Assembly: GCA_965208105.1 (NCBI GenBank)
Contig: OZ242318.1
Span: forward strand, 3,616,001 to 3,680,000
DNA: 64,000 nt
DNA from: Candidatus Latescibacterota bacterium
GTDB taxonomy: Bacteria > Latescibacterota > UBA2968 > UBA8231
Reading direction: 5' to 3'
This document shows, piece after piece, positions 27,612 to 37,720 of this stretch. Below the pieces are notes generated by a model. It was not told the origin of the DNA and made no database searches. It was given only the letters and a program-made list of their open reading frames with translations. Within the stretch, counting starts at the first letter, position 1. Every line of letters starts with the position of its first letter. Made by a program: the position numbers and the translations under genes.

Positions 27612-30600
27612 CTATGGCGCCGCGTCCCGGTCCACCTCCACCGCAAACCACTTGTAGAGCGCCGGCAGCACCAGCAAGGTCAGCACGGTGGAGCTGACCA
27701 GGCCGCCGACCACCACCGTCGCCAGAGGCCGTTGCACCTCGCTGCCGGTGCCGGTGGAGAACAGCAGGGGGATCAGCCCCAGGGCGGTAGTCAGGGCGGT
27801 CATGAGCACCGGCCTCACCCGCAGGCACGCCCCCCGGACCGAGACTTCGTCCAAGTCCACCCCCTCGCGGACGAGCTGGTTGAAGTAGGTCACCATCACC
27901 ATGCTGTTCCCCAGGGCGATGCCGAACAGGGCGATGAAACCCACTGAGGACGGCACCGAGAGGTTCTGCCCGGTCAGCCACAGGGCAACCACACCGCCCA
28001 CCAGCGCCAGGGGAATGTTGAGCAGGATCAGCACCGCGTTCTTGAGCGAATTGAAGCTGGAGAACAGCAGCAGGAAGAGGGCGAACAGGGTGATGGGAAC
28101 GACGATGGCGAGGCGCCTGTTGGCCTCCTGCTGCAGGCGGAACTGGCCGCCCCAGGTCACCAGGTAGCCCGGCGGCAGCGCCACCTGTCCGGCGATGGCC
28201 TCCCGGGCCTCGCGGACGAAGGATCCCATGTCGCGGCCGCTGACGTTGCACTGGACGGTGATGAAGCGCTGGCTCTTCTCGCGGGTGATCTGGCGGGGGC
28301 CCACCACCTCCTCGATGCGGGCTAGTTGAGCCAGGGGGATCTGGAGGCCCATGGGGGACTGGACCAGGATCTGGGCGATGGCCTCGGGGCTGCTGCGGAA
28401 CCGGGGGGCGAAGCGCACCAGGATATCGAAGCGCCGGGTCCCTTCGAACACCTGACCCACCAGCTCGCCGCCGACCGCCGCCTGCACCACCTCCTGGACG
28501 TCGGCCACGTTGATGCCGTAGCGGGCGATGGCCTGGCGGTCGACCCCGATGAGCAGCTGGGGGGTGCCGCTGATCTGGTCCACCTGGACGTCGGCCGCTC
28601 CGGCTACCCCGCCGACCACCTGGGCGATTTCGTCGGCCTTGAGCTTGAGCACGTCGAGGTCGTCCCCGAAGAGCTTGACGGCCAGCTCGGCCCGCACTCC
28701 TTCCAAAAGCTCGTCCACGGTCATGGCGATGGGCTGGGTGAAGTTGGTCAGCACCCCGGGTATGTCCCCGAGCTCGGCGCGGACGAACTCGCGCAGCTCT
28801 TCCTGGCTGCCGGCGTTGCGCCACCGGTCCCTGGGCTCGAGCAGGAGAAACATCTCGGCGCTGTTGATGGGGTCGGTGTGGGCGCCCACTTCGCCGCGGC
28901 CGATGCGCGATACCGCGCCGGAAATTTCGGGGATCCGCAGCAGTCGCCGTTCCACCAGCATGGTGATCCGGGTGCTCTCCTCCAGGGATATGGAAGGGGC
29001 CATGGTCAGGCGCAGGACCATGGTGCCCTCCTGCAGGGCGGGCGTGAACTCCGACCCCAGGCGCGGGAAGATCACCATCCCGATAAGAAGGAGGATCCCC
29101 GCCGATCCCAGGGCCCAGAAGCGGTGGGCCACGAAGCGGGCGACCAGGGGCCGGTATGCGGCCACCAGCCGCCGCGTCATCCAGCTTTCCCCGGGGGGTG
29201 TGCCGTCATTGCCTGGCTTTGGCGGGCGCAGCACCAGGTTCGACAGTACCGGGGCCAGAAAGAGGGCGAAAACCAGGGAGCCCAGCATGGCCATGGCCAC
29301 GGTGTAGGCCAGGGGGCGGAAGGTCTTGCCCTCGACTCCCTGGAGAGTGAACAGGGGCAGGAACACGAGAATGATGATGAGGATGGCGAATACGATTGGA
29401 CGTCCCACCTCCACGCAGGCGCGGGCAACGGCCCTGCCGCGCTCCTCCTCCGCCTGCGGCTGGCGCAGCGCGCGGTCCACGTTCTCCACCACGACGATGG
29501 TGCCGTCCACCATCATGCCGATGGCGATGGCCAGGCCGCCGAGGGACATGAGGTTGGCCGAGAGGCCGAAGTAGTTCATCCCCAGGGTGGCGAACAACAC
29601 GGAAAAGGGAATGGACAGGGCGACCACAAGGCTGGGGCGGACGCTGCCCATGAAGAGGATGAGCACCAGGGTGACCAGGACGATGCCCTGCACCAGGGCA
29701 TCGGTGACGGTCTTGACGCAGGCGGCCACCAGGGTCTTCTGCTCGTAGTATGGCACCAGCCGCACCCCCTCGGGCAGGATGCTGTTGATCTCCTCCATCC
29801 TGGCCTCGACCCGCTCGATGACGGTGGAGGAGTTGGTGCCGAAGAGCTTTATCACCATGCCCGCCACCACCTCCTCCACTCCGTTGCGGGTCTGCACCCC
29901 GCGGCGGATGGCTCCGCCGATGCCCACCCGGGCAACCTGGTCGAGGAAGACGGGGGTCCCGTCGACGGCCTTGATCACGATGTTCTCGATGTCCTCCACG
30001 GTGGAGGCCAGGCCCACGGAGCGCACCACGTATTCCTCGGCGTCCTTCTCGATGAACTGGGCGCCGACGTTGAGATTGTTGGCCTCGATCTGGGCGATGA
30101 CGTCGCGCAGGGTCACCCCGTAGCGCAGCAGGGCATGGGGGTCCACCACCACCTGGAACTGCTTCTCGTGGCCGCCGATGCCGAGGATTTCAGTGACTCC
30201 GGGAACGGTCTGCAGATGGAACTTGACCAGCCAGTCCTGGATGGTGCGCAGCTCTTCGAGGGAGTAGTTGCCGGAGCTGTCCTCCAGGTAGTAGAAGAGG
30301 ACCAGGCCCATGCCCGTGGAAATAGGTCCCAGCGCCGGCTCGCCGAAGCCTTCGGGTATCTGTTCCCAGGCCTCGTGGAGGCGTTCGCTCACCAGTTGGC
30401 GGGCGAAGTAGATGTCCACCTCGTCGGCGAAGTAGATGTTGACCACCGAGAGGCCGAAGTTGGAGACGGAGCGGATGTTCTCGATGCCCGGCAGGCCGTT
30501 CATCACCGTCTCGATGGGGTAGGTGACGTAGGTTTCGATCTCTTCGGGAGCCAGACCTTCGGTGACGGTGAATACCTGGACCAGGTTGGGCGAGACGTCG

Positions 30601-30719
30601 GGGAAGGCGTCCACCGGAAGCTGGCGGTAGCTGAAATAGCCGCTGGCCACCACCACCGCTCCCAGGACCAGCATGAGCATGCGGTTGCGCAGGGCCAGGT
30701 GAACGACGCGCTCGATCAT
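27612..30719 (-). CDS. czcA: Heavy-metal efflux RND transporter (CzcA/CusA family)
   Basis: 1035 aa; LPVDAFPD, AIGMMVDGTIVVVEN, GVEGKTFRPLA, RVRPVLMTA, GSEVQRPLA. Confidence 0.93.
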   Translation of the reverse strand: MIERVVHLALRNRMLMLVLGAVVVASGYFSYRQLPVDAFPDVSPNLVQVFTVTEGLAPEEIETYVTYPIETVMNGLPGIENIRSVSNFGLSVVNIYFADEVDIYFARQLVSERLHEAWEQIPEGFGEPALGPISTGMGLVLFYYLEDSSGNYSLEELRTIQDWLVKFHLQTVPGVTEILGIGGHEKQFQVVVDPHALLRYGVTLRDVIAQIEANNLNVGAQFIEKDAEEYVVRSVGLASTVEDIENIVIKAVDGTPVFLDQVARVGIGGAIRRGVQTRNGVEEVVAGMVIKLFGTNSSTVIERVEARMEEINSILPEGVRLVPYYEQKTLVAACVKTVTDALVQGIVLVTLVLILFMGSVRPSLVVALSIPFSVLFATLGMNYFGLSANLMSLGGLAIAIGMMVDGTIVVVENVDRALRQPQAEEERGRAVARACVEVGRPIVFAILIIILVFLPLFTLQGVEGKTFRPLAYTVAMAMLGSLVFALFLAPVLSNLVLRPPKPGNDGTPPGESWMTRRLVAAYRPLVARFVAHRFWALGSAGILLLIGMVIFPRLGSEFTPALQEGTMVLRLTMAPSISLEESTRITMLVERRLLRIPEISGAVSRIGRGEVGAHTDPINSAEMFLLLEPRDRWRNAGSQEELREFVRAELGDIPGVLTNFTQPIAMTVDELLEGVRAELAVKLFGDDLDVLKLKADEIAQVVGGVAGAADVQVDQISGTPQLLIGVDRQAIARYGINVADVQEVVQAAVGGELVGQVFEGTRRFDILVRFAPRFRSSPEAIAQILVQSPMGLQIPLAQLARIEEVVGPRQITREKSQRFITVQCNVSGRDMGSFVREAREAIAGQVALPPGYLVTWGGQFRLQQEANRRLAIVVPITLFALFLLLFSSFNSLKNAVLILLNIPLALVGGVVALWLTGQNLSVPSSVGFIALFGIALGNSMVMVTYFNQLVREGVDLDEVSVRGACLRVRPVLMTALTTALGLIPLLFSTGTGSEVQRPLATVVVGGLVSSTVLTLLVLPALYKWFAVEVDRDAAP

Positions 30720-30740
30720 GGGTCTGTTCCCCTCCGCACC

Positions 30741-31970
30741 TCAGTGCGAGTGGCCGTCTCCGAAAGCCCCTTTGGCCAACTGGGATTTGAGGATGAAGGC
30801 GCCGCGGGCGACGTAGGACTGCCCCGGCTCCAGACCGGCGACAATCTCGGAGTGGGTGGAGTTGCTGCGGCCGACGCGGACGGGGTGGGGAACGAATCCT
30901 TCGCCGGTTTCGACGAAGACCACGGCATGATCATCGATGGTCTGAACGGCCGATCCCGGCACCAGGACGGGCACCTGGACCGCATCCCCCGAGATGGTCG
31001 CGGTGACGAAGGAACCTGGACGCCAGCGGCCCTCCGGGTTGCGCAGCTCGATGCGCACCGGGGCGGTGCGGGTGGCCTCGTCCACGATGGGGCTGATGTA
31101 GTCCACCGAAGCCGTGGTCGACGGGCCACCCTGCCCGGCCTCGATGTGCACGGTCTGGCCGACGCGCAGGAAGGGCAGGTCCTTCTGGTAGGCGGTCAAC
31201 ATCACCCACACCGAGCGCAGGTCGGCCACCACGAAGGCCTCTGAGTCTTCCTGCAGGACCTCGCCCCGGACGATGTGCTTGCTGATGACGGTGCCTGAAA
31301 GGGGAGCCGTCATCGGGTAGCGGGTGAAGCGCTCGCCGTCTTCGAAGGACAGCCCGGCCAGGTAGTCGCCGGAAAATCCCAGGGACTGCAGCTTCTGCTC
31401 GGCCGCCTGCAGCTCGATGAGAGCCTCGGCCAGTCCGTTCCTGGCCTCCTGGAACTGCCGCTCCGAGGAGATGGACTGGTCCCAAAGCGATTTCTCCCGC
31501 TCGAAGGTGGCTCGCGCAAGCTCCAGCCGCTCCCGGGAAACAAGGTAGGCCGATTTCAGCTCCGACAGCTCGGGGCTGTCGAGCACCGCCAGGACCTGGC
31601 CTCGCTGCACCGGGTCGCCGATATTGGCGTGGATATCCCGGGCAACCCCCCCAATCCGGGGAACGATGTGGGCCACCAGATCGGGATTGACCTGCACCTC
31701 GCCGGGGGTATGAATCTGAACCGCCAGGCGGCCGGCGGCGGCCTCTGCGACCTCGATGCCGAACTCGGTCCGTTCCGCGGCGCTCAGGCGAATTCCCTCC
31801 TCGGGGTCCTTCCCTCCTTCTCCGGCGTGACCTTCCTCCTCGTGGTGGCCCCCCTCCTCCGCCCAGGCCGGACCTTCCAGGAAAGAAACGGCAGCACGCT
31901 CTCCCGGGGCCGAAAGAGCCGTCTGCAATGCGATGAATCCCAGGACCGCGATGTGGACTCGCATTCTCAT
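30741..31970 (-). CDS. czcB: RND periplasmic adaptor (CzcB-like)
   Basis: GDPVQRGQVLAVLDSPEL, VADLRSVWV, TRTAPVR, WRPGSF; His-containing N-terminal segment and HSH end. Confidence 0.9.
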   Translation of the reverse strand: MRMRVHIAVLGFIALQTALSAPGERAAVSFLEGPAWAEEGGHHEEEGHAGEGGKDPEEGIRLSAAERTEFGIEVAEAAAGRLAVQIHTPGEVQVNPDLVAHIVPRIGGVARDIHANIGDPVQRGQVLAVLDSPELSELKSAYLVSRERLELARATFEREKSLWDQSISSERQFQEARNGLAEALIELQAAEQKLQSLGFSGDYLAGLSFEDGERFTRYPMTAPLSGTVISKHIVRGEVLQEDSEAFVVADLRSVWVMLTAYQKDLPFLRVGQTVHIEAGQGGPSTTASVDYISPIVDEATRTAPVRIELRNPEGRWRPGSFVTATISGDAVQVPVLVPGSAVQTIDDHAVVFVETGEGFVPHPVRVGRSNSTHSEIVAGLEPGQSYVARGAFILKSQLAKGAFGDGHSH

Positions 31971-33250
31971 TCTCCTTGGGGATGGGTGGGCGGGGGAGCG
32001 CCGACGGCGCGCTCCAGGGCGGCGTCGGCGGCGCCGTAGTCGAACAGGGCGTGGGCGTATTCCACTCGGGTCACTAACCGGAGGCGGCGGGCTTCGAGCA
32101 GCTCCAGGTAGGTGGACTTGCCCTCGTCGTAGCTGCGGCTGGCTACCTCGAACGCCCGTTCCGCCCCGGGCAGAATCCGGTCCTCGAACAGGGCCACCTG
32201 CTCGGCGGCGGTTTCGAGGTCGAGGAAAGCTCCTTTCGTCTCCAGAAGGATCCGATTGCGCAACTCGTCGCGCTCGGCCCTTGCCCGGACGGCTTCCGCT
32301 TGGGCAAGGGCCCGTTCGCCGCGCTGGTGCAGGAATGCCCACAGAGGCACCTCCAGGCCAATGCGAAAAAGCCAGGAGTCCTCCCCGTGGCCTCCATGCC
32401 GTTGTTGGAGAGCCAGACCCGCGTTCAGGTCCGGCCAATAGGCCGCGGTGGCCGCCGCCTGCCGGCTCCGCAGGGCTTTCAACTGCAGCTCGGCCCCGGC
32501 CAGGTCGGGCCGCTGTCTCAGGGCTGCCTCGTTCAGTTGGTCGAGATCGGCCTCGACCGGCTGAAAGGCCAGGCTGTCGGCCAGTGAGAAGGGGGTCTGC
32601 AGGGGCCGTGCCAGGAGGGCATTGAGTTCGGCCCTGGCCACCGAAAGCTCGTTTTGCGCCGCTCTCTTGCGGTTACTTGCCCGTCCAACCTCGACGCTTG
32701 CCCGCAGCACGTCAAGCTCCGGCACGTCGCCCGCTTCGAAACGGATGTGGGCCTGGCGCAGAATATTCTGGGCCAGGTGGAGGTCTTGACGGGCATGCTG
32801 GAGCAGGTCCTCGTTCAGCGCGATGCGGTCATAGGCCGTCCTGGCCCGGAGGACGAGGTCGAGCCGGGCCATCTCGAAGACCGCCAGGCGGGCCGCTTCG
32901 GCGTGCTGGCGGCCGGCCTGGAGACGGTACCACCACTTCAGGGGAAATTCGAACCGCTGGCTGACGCCGATTGTGTGCTCGCCATGGTGTCCCGAGCTGC
33001 CGAATCTGGGCAGCTCTTCGAACTCGAACTCCGGGTCGGGCGGGACGGCGGCCTGACGCCCCAGGGCGCGGGCGCCTTCCCAGGCGTTGCGGGCGGCCTC
33101 CACCTCTGGATTGCGCTCCAATGCCAGGCGAACGGCGTCGTTCCTCGACAGGGGCTCGGCGTGCGCTTCTTCACCAGAAGGCTGGCCGTGGGCGAGGGCG
33201 GGCGCGAGCAGGAAGAGGAGGAGGATGGAAGGTGGTTTGGCTGACAACAT
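31967..33250 (-). CDS. czcC: TolC-family outer membrane efflux protein (CzcC-like)
   Basis: Signal peptide; ALERNP, RFEAGD, LRQRPDL, YDEGKSTYLELL. Confidence 0.88.
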   Translation of the reverse strand: MLSAKPPSILLLFLLAPALAHGQPSGEEAHAEPLSRNDAVRLALERNPEVEAARNAWEGARALGRQAAVPPDPEFEFEELPRFGSSGHHGEHTIGVSQRFEFPLKWWYRLQAGRQHAEAARLAVFEMARLDLVLRARTAYDRIALNEDLLQHARQDLHLAQNILRQAHIRFEAGDVPELDVLRASVEVGRASNRKRAAQNELSVARAELNALLARPLQTPFSLADSLAFQPVEADLDQLNEAALRQRPDLAGAELQLKALRSRQAAATAAYWPDLNAGLALQQRHGGHGEDSWLFRIGLEVPLWAFLHQRGERALAQAEAVRARAERDELRNRILLETKGAFLDLETAAEQVALFEDRILPGAERAFEVASRSYDEGKSTYLELLEARRLRLVTRVEYAHALFDYGAADAALERAVGAPPPTHPQGE

Positions 33251-33356
33251 GGCTAATGCCTGGGGAGTGCAGGATACCGCGGGCCATGGGGAGGCTGAAA
33301 AAAGCGTTTCTCGAGGCGTGGCTGAGCATTTCTGCCAGCAATTGAAAAAAAGTAAC

Positions 33357-33370
33357 CATTGCGCGCAATG
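33357..33370. promoter_or_regulatory. Perfect 14-bp palindrome upstream of czcC (candidate operator)
   Basis: CATTGCGCGCAATG next to an A-tract, ~107 bp upstream of the czcC ATG. Confidence 0.4.
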
Positions 33371-33446
33371 CGCAAGCCCCGGACGAAGGGTGTCCGGTGG
33401 TCTCCGGGGCGGGCAAAACTCTGCGGCGGAGCCAAAAGGCGGGTGA

Positions 33447-35963
33447 TCAGCGCTCCAGCTCTTCCGGTTGGGGGTCGGGTCCGGCAGCGTTCGCCCGGGT
33501 GTTCCTGTGCTCCCTGACAACCAGAGCCAGGGCCATGACAAGCGAGACCGCGGACAGGGCCAGAAGGCCACGGCGCAGCGGAGAAAGCCTCGCCTCGATG
33601 GCGATTTCATGCACTCCCGCCTCCAGCGGCAGGGCCATGAAGCGGCCGGCGGTCTGCAGCGGCCGCACCGGCTTTCCGTCGACGCTGACCCGCAGGTAGG
33701 GGAAGTAGGCGTAGGCCAGCCGCGCGTAGCAGTCCGCCGAGACCTCCACCTTCATCTCTACTTCCTGGCGCCGGACCACGTGGGAGACGACCCGCGCCTC
33801 GGGGGTGGTCCCCAGGTCGCGCTGTCCCTCCAAGTCCCGCACCAGGATGCGCTCGCAGGCGAGAGACCCCAGCGGCCGCTGCACGCCGGTGCGGGCGATG
33901 ATCTCCAGGGCCCGGGCCATGGCTTCGTCCATCTCGGGATCGGCACCGATGCGGGCGGATATCGCTCCCGGGCCGGTGTCACTATCGTCGTAGCCTTCCA
34001 GGCGCCCGGAGACCACGATTGGGCTATGGCCCAGTGAAAGTACAGATGCGAACCTGTTTTGCCCGGAGCTCACGATCAGGTAGCGCGTGTTGAGGAGGTA
34101 CAGACCTTCGCGCAAAAATTCGTATTGTGGGTGGGAGGTCAGTTGCTCGGGCGATTCCATTCTCTCCAACAGCCCGTGGGCCCAGTCGGTGAAGGGTTGG
34201 GTGAAGCTTTGGAGGGTGCGCAGCTCCCCCGGGTGTAATGCTTCGGCAATCGGCGTCGCGCCATCGTAGAGCATACACGACTGCCTCCTGAATATGTTAA
34301 GGCCGGTGGCGATCCATTGGGCCTGGTAGCTGGGCAGCTCGCCGCGCTGAGAAAAGGGCGCTGAGGCCGCTGCCACCGGATCGAAAATGTCCCTGGGTGA
34401 ACCGCAGGGCGAGTAGTCCGCTTTACAGTAGGGCTGCACGAAGGTGGTGGGGAAGAGGTCGATCATCAGAACCAGGAGGAGTATGGTGTACCAACGGCTG
34501 CGCGCCAGGGTCCGGGGACCATGGGACAGGAGATGGTAGGCGCCCGCGCCCGCTGCCAGGGCGAGGAAGAAGGAGAGGAAGAGCAGGTAGCGCGAGGCGT
34601 TGAAGGCATGGACCAGGGGCAATGCGGCGAGAGGAGGCCAGCGGTAGGCGATGATGACCAGCGCCACCAGGACGAGACAGACCCAGCACGACGCGGGCCT
34701 CCCATCTCGCCGTCGCAACGCCACCGCGCCTCCGCCCAGGGTAAGCAGCACCAGCGAGATCCCCAGGTAGCCGCCGTACCAGTGATAAGGCTGGGGAGGA
34801 AGCAGCCAGAAGCGGAGGTTGGACCAGCCCAGCAGGTGCCGCCAGGTGGGGTCGGGGACCCCCGACTGGTCGACGTTGAACTCGTGCAGCTTGGTAAGAG
34901 CGCGCTCGAAAAACATCCCGGCGTTCAGGTAGGACGAAAAAACGGCGCCGAGGAGGAAGAAAAGAAAACCGGCGCCCACAATGGCCCTGGTGTCCGGGCG
35001 CTGCCGGCAGGACCACAGGCGCACCAGGCTGTAGCATGCCAGCAGCGCCATGGCGTAGGTGCCGTAGCCGGGGTGGGTGAAGTTGAGCAGGGCCACGCAG
35101 ACTGCGCCAAGGAGGGCGGCCTGCATCCTGCGGGGCGAGGCGGCGACGCGCTCCACGTAGTGGAAGGCCCAGGGCAGCACGGCATAGAAAAGGGACAGGG
35201 ACAGGCGGCCCATGATGAGAACCTGCTGGGTGTGCCAGAAGCACAGGGCGTAGCCCAGCCCGGCGACGAATCCGGCGCGGCGCGAACCGCAGATGCCGGT
35301 AACCAGAAAGTACATTCCGAGCCCGGAGATCAGGTGGCCGGCGGCCATGGTCAGCTTCAGCGACAGGGAGAGATCGCGGAATACCAAATCGGCCAGCCCC
35401 ACCAGGTAGAAGAAGGCGAAGCCGTAGTTCTGCAGGTAGGGAGAGCCCGTACCCATGAAGAAGGTCCAGACCGGCGCCTCTCCGGCGGCGATGGCCTCGG
35501 CGGCGAGCCAGGAGGTGACGATGTGGTGGGAGGCGTCGGCTGCCCAGCTCAGTTCGCCTCCGGAAAAGTAGAAGCGTATGCAGACCAGCAAAGAGAAGAC
35601 CAGCAGCAACACGGTCCTGGTCGGGCTGGCGAAACAGTGCTGGAGAAAGTCGCTGAGGACCCGCCGGCGCCACTCGTTGTAGAGCAGGAGCGTGGTGGAG
35701 ATGAGGAAGAGGGCGAAGAGGACGGCGTCGAGGGCGTCGAAGGAAATTTTCTGGGCGGCGTGGCCTATGAAATTTACCAGTGTACCGTAGGTTTTCGCGG
35801 GAGGGAAGATCGCGAACTTTTCCACCGTCACGTACTGCATGCAGACGCAGGTCCCGGCCCAGAAAAGCAGCATCCACAAGGTGGGAAAGGGACGCCTAGA
35901 GCTTGCAGGCGGCACTTCCCGGCCGCTCTCTCCGCGGGTTGGGGGTTGGGAGGCTGGATTCAA
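33447..35963 (-). CDS. Multipass membrane protein, YfhO/PTPS-related GT-C-like
   Basis: Many TM helices; PVWTFFMGTGSP, RYLLF; YfhO-like C-terminus YFPYLRVSVDG..LEAGVHEI. Confidence 0.7.
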   Translation of the reverse strand: MNPASQPPTRGESGREVPPASSRRPFPTLWMLLFWAGTCVCMQYVTVEKFAIFPPAKTYGTLVNFIGHAAQKISFDALDAVLFALFLISTTLLLYNEWRRRVLSDFLQHCFASPTRTVLLLVFSLLVCIRFYFSGGELSWAADASHHIVTSWLAAEAIAAGEAPVWTFFMGTGSPYLQNYGFAFFYLVGLADLVFRDLSLSLKLTMAAGHLISGLGMYFLVTGICGSRRAGFVAGLGYALCFWHTQQVLIMGRLSLSLFYAVLPWAFHYVERVAASPRRMQAALLGAVCVALLNFTHPGYGTYAMALLACYSLVRLWSCRQRPDTRAIVGAGFLFFLLGAVFSSYLNAGMFFERALTKLHEFNVDQSGVPDPTWRHLLGWSNLRFWLLPPQPYHWYGGYLGISLVLLTLGGGAVALRRRDGRPASCWVCLVLVALVIIAYRWPPLAALPLVHAFNASRYLLFLSFFLALAAGAGAYHLLSHGPRTLARSRWYTILLLVLMIDLFPTTFVQPYCKADYSPCGSPRDIFDPVAAASAPFSQRGELPSYQAQWIATGLNIFRRQSCMLYDGATPIAEALHPGELRTLQSFTQPFTDWAHGLLERMESPEQLTSHPQYEFLREGLYLLNTRYLIVSSGQNRFASVLSLGHSPIVVSGRLEGYDDSDTGPGAISARIGADPEMDEAMARALEIIARTGVQRPLGSLACERILVRDLEGQRDLGTTPEARVVSHVVRRQEVEMKVEVSADCYARLAYAYFPYLRVSVDGKPVRPLQTAGRFMALPLEAGVHEIAIEARLSPLRRGLLALSAVSLVMALALVVREHRNTRANAAGPDPQPEELER

Positions 35964-36061
35964 TCTCGCATCACCGGATGGAGGTCGATACTATGGCCAT
36001 TGAGGTTTATTTCTTCTCGCCAGAGGTCAGTTCGGGGAGTTTGCCGCTCCCCTCCCCGATT

Positions 36062-36090
36062 TTGCCTGCCTCCACCCGAACCCCTATACT
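36062..36090 (+). promoter_or_regulatory. sigma70-type promoter
   Basis: TTGCCT, 17 bp, TATACT, upstream of ATG 36119. Confidence 0.55.
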
Positions 36091-36118
36091 AAGGCAGGCC
36101 TGCTCGTGGCATCCATCC

Positions 36119-37669
36119 ATGAATAGAAAGCGCCGAAGACAGAAGGGCCAGGAGGCGGGGCCACCGCCTGCTTCCTCCCCATTCCTCGACTTGACCCGGC
36201 ACGAAAACAGGTCCTGGTTCCTTCCAGTGCTGGGCATGGCCGGGCTGCTAATGGGTCTGCTCCTCTTCGACGCCAACCTCTCCCTCACTGGGGACAACGC
36301 CCAGTTCATCAACCTGGGACGGTCCCTCGCCGAAGGCCATGGGCTGGCCTCGACCATAGGGGACGAGCCCAAGCCCCATATCAAGTACCCCTTCGGGTTC
36401 CCCCTTCTTCTCGCCGTCGTCCATCTCATCTTTCCAGGCCATCTCGCTGCCCTCAAGGGCCTGGTCATTCTACTCTACGCCGCATCCATCCCCCTCGTCT
36501 ACCTGTTCGCCCGCCGCTGGGCTAGTGCCCCCATCGCCCTCGGGGTGACCGCGCTGTGCCTCCTTTCCCCTCCCCTCCTGGACTACTCGCACCAGGTCAT
36601 GTCAGAGATTCCATACCTGGCGTTTTCCCTTCCGGCCCTCCTGCTCCTGCAGCGGGCGCAGGAGTCGAAGGCGTTTTCCGCGCTGGCCCTTGCGACCGTC
36701 GCCGTCATGGCCGCCTACTACGTGCGCAGCGCGGGGATCGTCCTCATTGGCGCGGCCATCTTCTTTCTTCTCCTGCACAGAAGGTGGAGACAAGCAGGAC
36801 TGGTGGCCGTCGGCAGCTTCCTCCTCGCCCTGCCCTGGCACCTGCGCAACGCGGCACACGGAGGCAACCCCTATATCGATCAGCTCCTGAGCATAAACCC
36901 CTACCGCCCGCACCTTGGAGCGCTCACCTTCGCGGCCCTGGCCGAACGAATCGCCGCCAACCTGGAACTCTACGGCCTCTACATCATCCCCGATATTCTG
37001 TTTCCTGGTCTTGCCGGCGGCAACCCGTTCGTCGGCCTCGCCATCTCCGGCCTTGTGCTCTACGCCCTGGTTTCAGGGCTGGCGAGACGGCAGTTGCCGG
37101 CGGTGTATCTGGCCTGCTACCTGGGCCTCTGCATCCTCTGGCCGGTGGTCTGGACCGACACGCGCTTTCTCGTTCCGGCCGTTCCCCTCCTGTTCTTCGC
37201 CATGCTCACCAGCTCCGCCGAGCTGCTGCAGAGGGTCGTCCGCTGGATCGGGGTGAAGTCCCCTCAGCCCGGAATGGCGCTCCTGTTCCTCGTCCCCTTC
37301 GCCGCCAACATCCTTGCCACCAGGGACCTCGCCGGCCGCATGGGGGAGCTTCCTGCCAGCTACGGCAACTATTTTGCCGCCGCCGAGTGGATCAGAGACA
37401 ACACCGATCCGCAGGCCAAAGTAGCCTGCCGCAAGCCCTTTCTAATGAACGCGATTTCCCACCGCAAAGCAGCGGGCTACATATGGAAGGGGCCTGAGGA
37501 GGTGCTCGCCGACTTCCAACAAAAGGGAATAAAAATCGTTGTCGTCGATCAGCTCGGATTCCGCTCCACCCCCGAGTTTCTCGTTCCCGCCGTCAATGCC
37601 CGTATGGACCGATTCGAGATCGTTCACATCGTTCCCGACCCCGATACCTATATTCTGAAGTTCAAGTAG
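36119..37669 (+). CDS. ArnT/PMT-like (GT-C) membrane glycosyltransferase
   Basis: GDNAQF, YPFGFPLLLA, MSEIPY, RFLVP motifs; many TM helices. Confidence 0.75.
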   Translation: MNRKRRRQKGQEAGPPPASSPFLDLTRHENRSWFLPVLGMAGLLMGLLLFDANLSLTGDNAQFINLGRSLAEGHGLASTIGDEPKPHIKYPFGFPLLLAVVHLIFPGHLAALKGLVILLYAASIPLVYLFARRWASAPIALGVTALCLLSPPLLDYSHQVMSEIPYLAFSLPALLLLQRAQESKAFSALALATVAVMAAYYVRSAGIVLIGAAIFFLLLHRRWRQAGLVAVGSFLLALPWHLRNAAHGGNPYIDQLLSINPYRPHLGALTFAALAERIAANLELYGLYIIPDILFPGLAGGNPFVGLAISGLVLYALVSGLARRQLPAVYLACYLGLCILWPVVWTDTRFLVPAVPLLFFAMLTSSAELLQRVVRWIGVKSPQPGMALLFLVPFAANILATRDLAGRMGELPASYGNYFAAAEWIRDNTDPQAKVACRKPFLMNAISHRKAAGYIWKGPEEVLADFQQKGIKIVVVDQLGFRSTPEFLVPAVNARMDRFEIVHIVPDPDTYILKFK

Positions 37670-37720
37670 TTCAAGTGACCACGAAGGGGCAGAATTCCCC
37701 TCTTTTCCGCCCCTAGTCCC

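Noticed and set aside
28326-31244. Long antisense and alternative-frame ORFs (972 aa here; also 14846-16642, 25154-27007, 48875-50704, 60150-62057 and others)
   Set aside because: Shadow ORFs expected in high-GC DNA, lying opposite clearly recognisable genes; no family motifs.
37660-37678. 9-bp tandem duplication gttcaagta/gttcaagtg at a stop codon
   Set aside because: Too short to call a target-site scar; no element attached.
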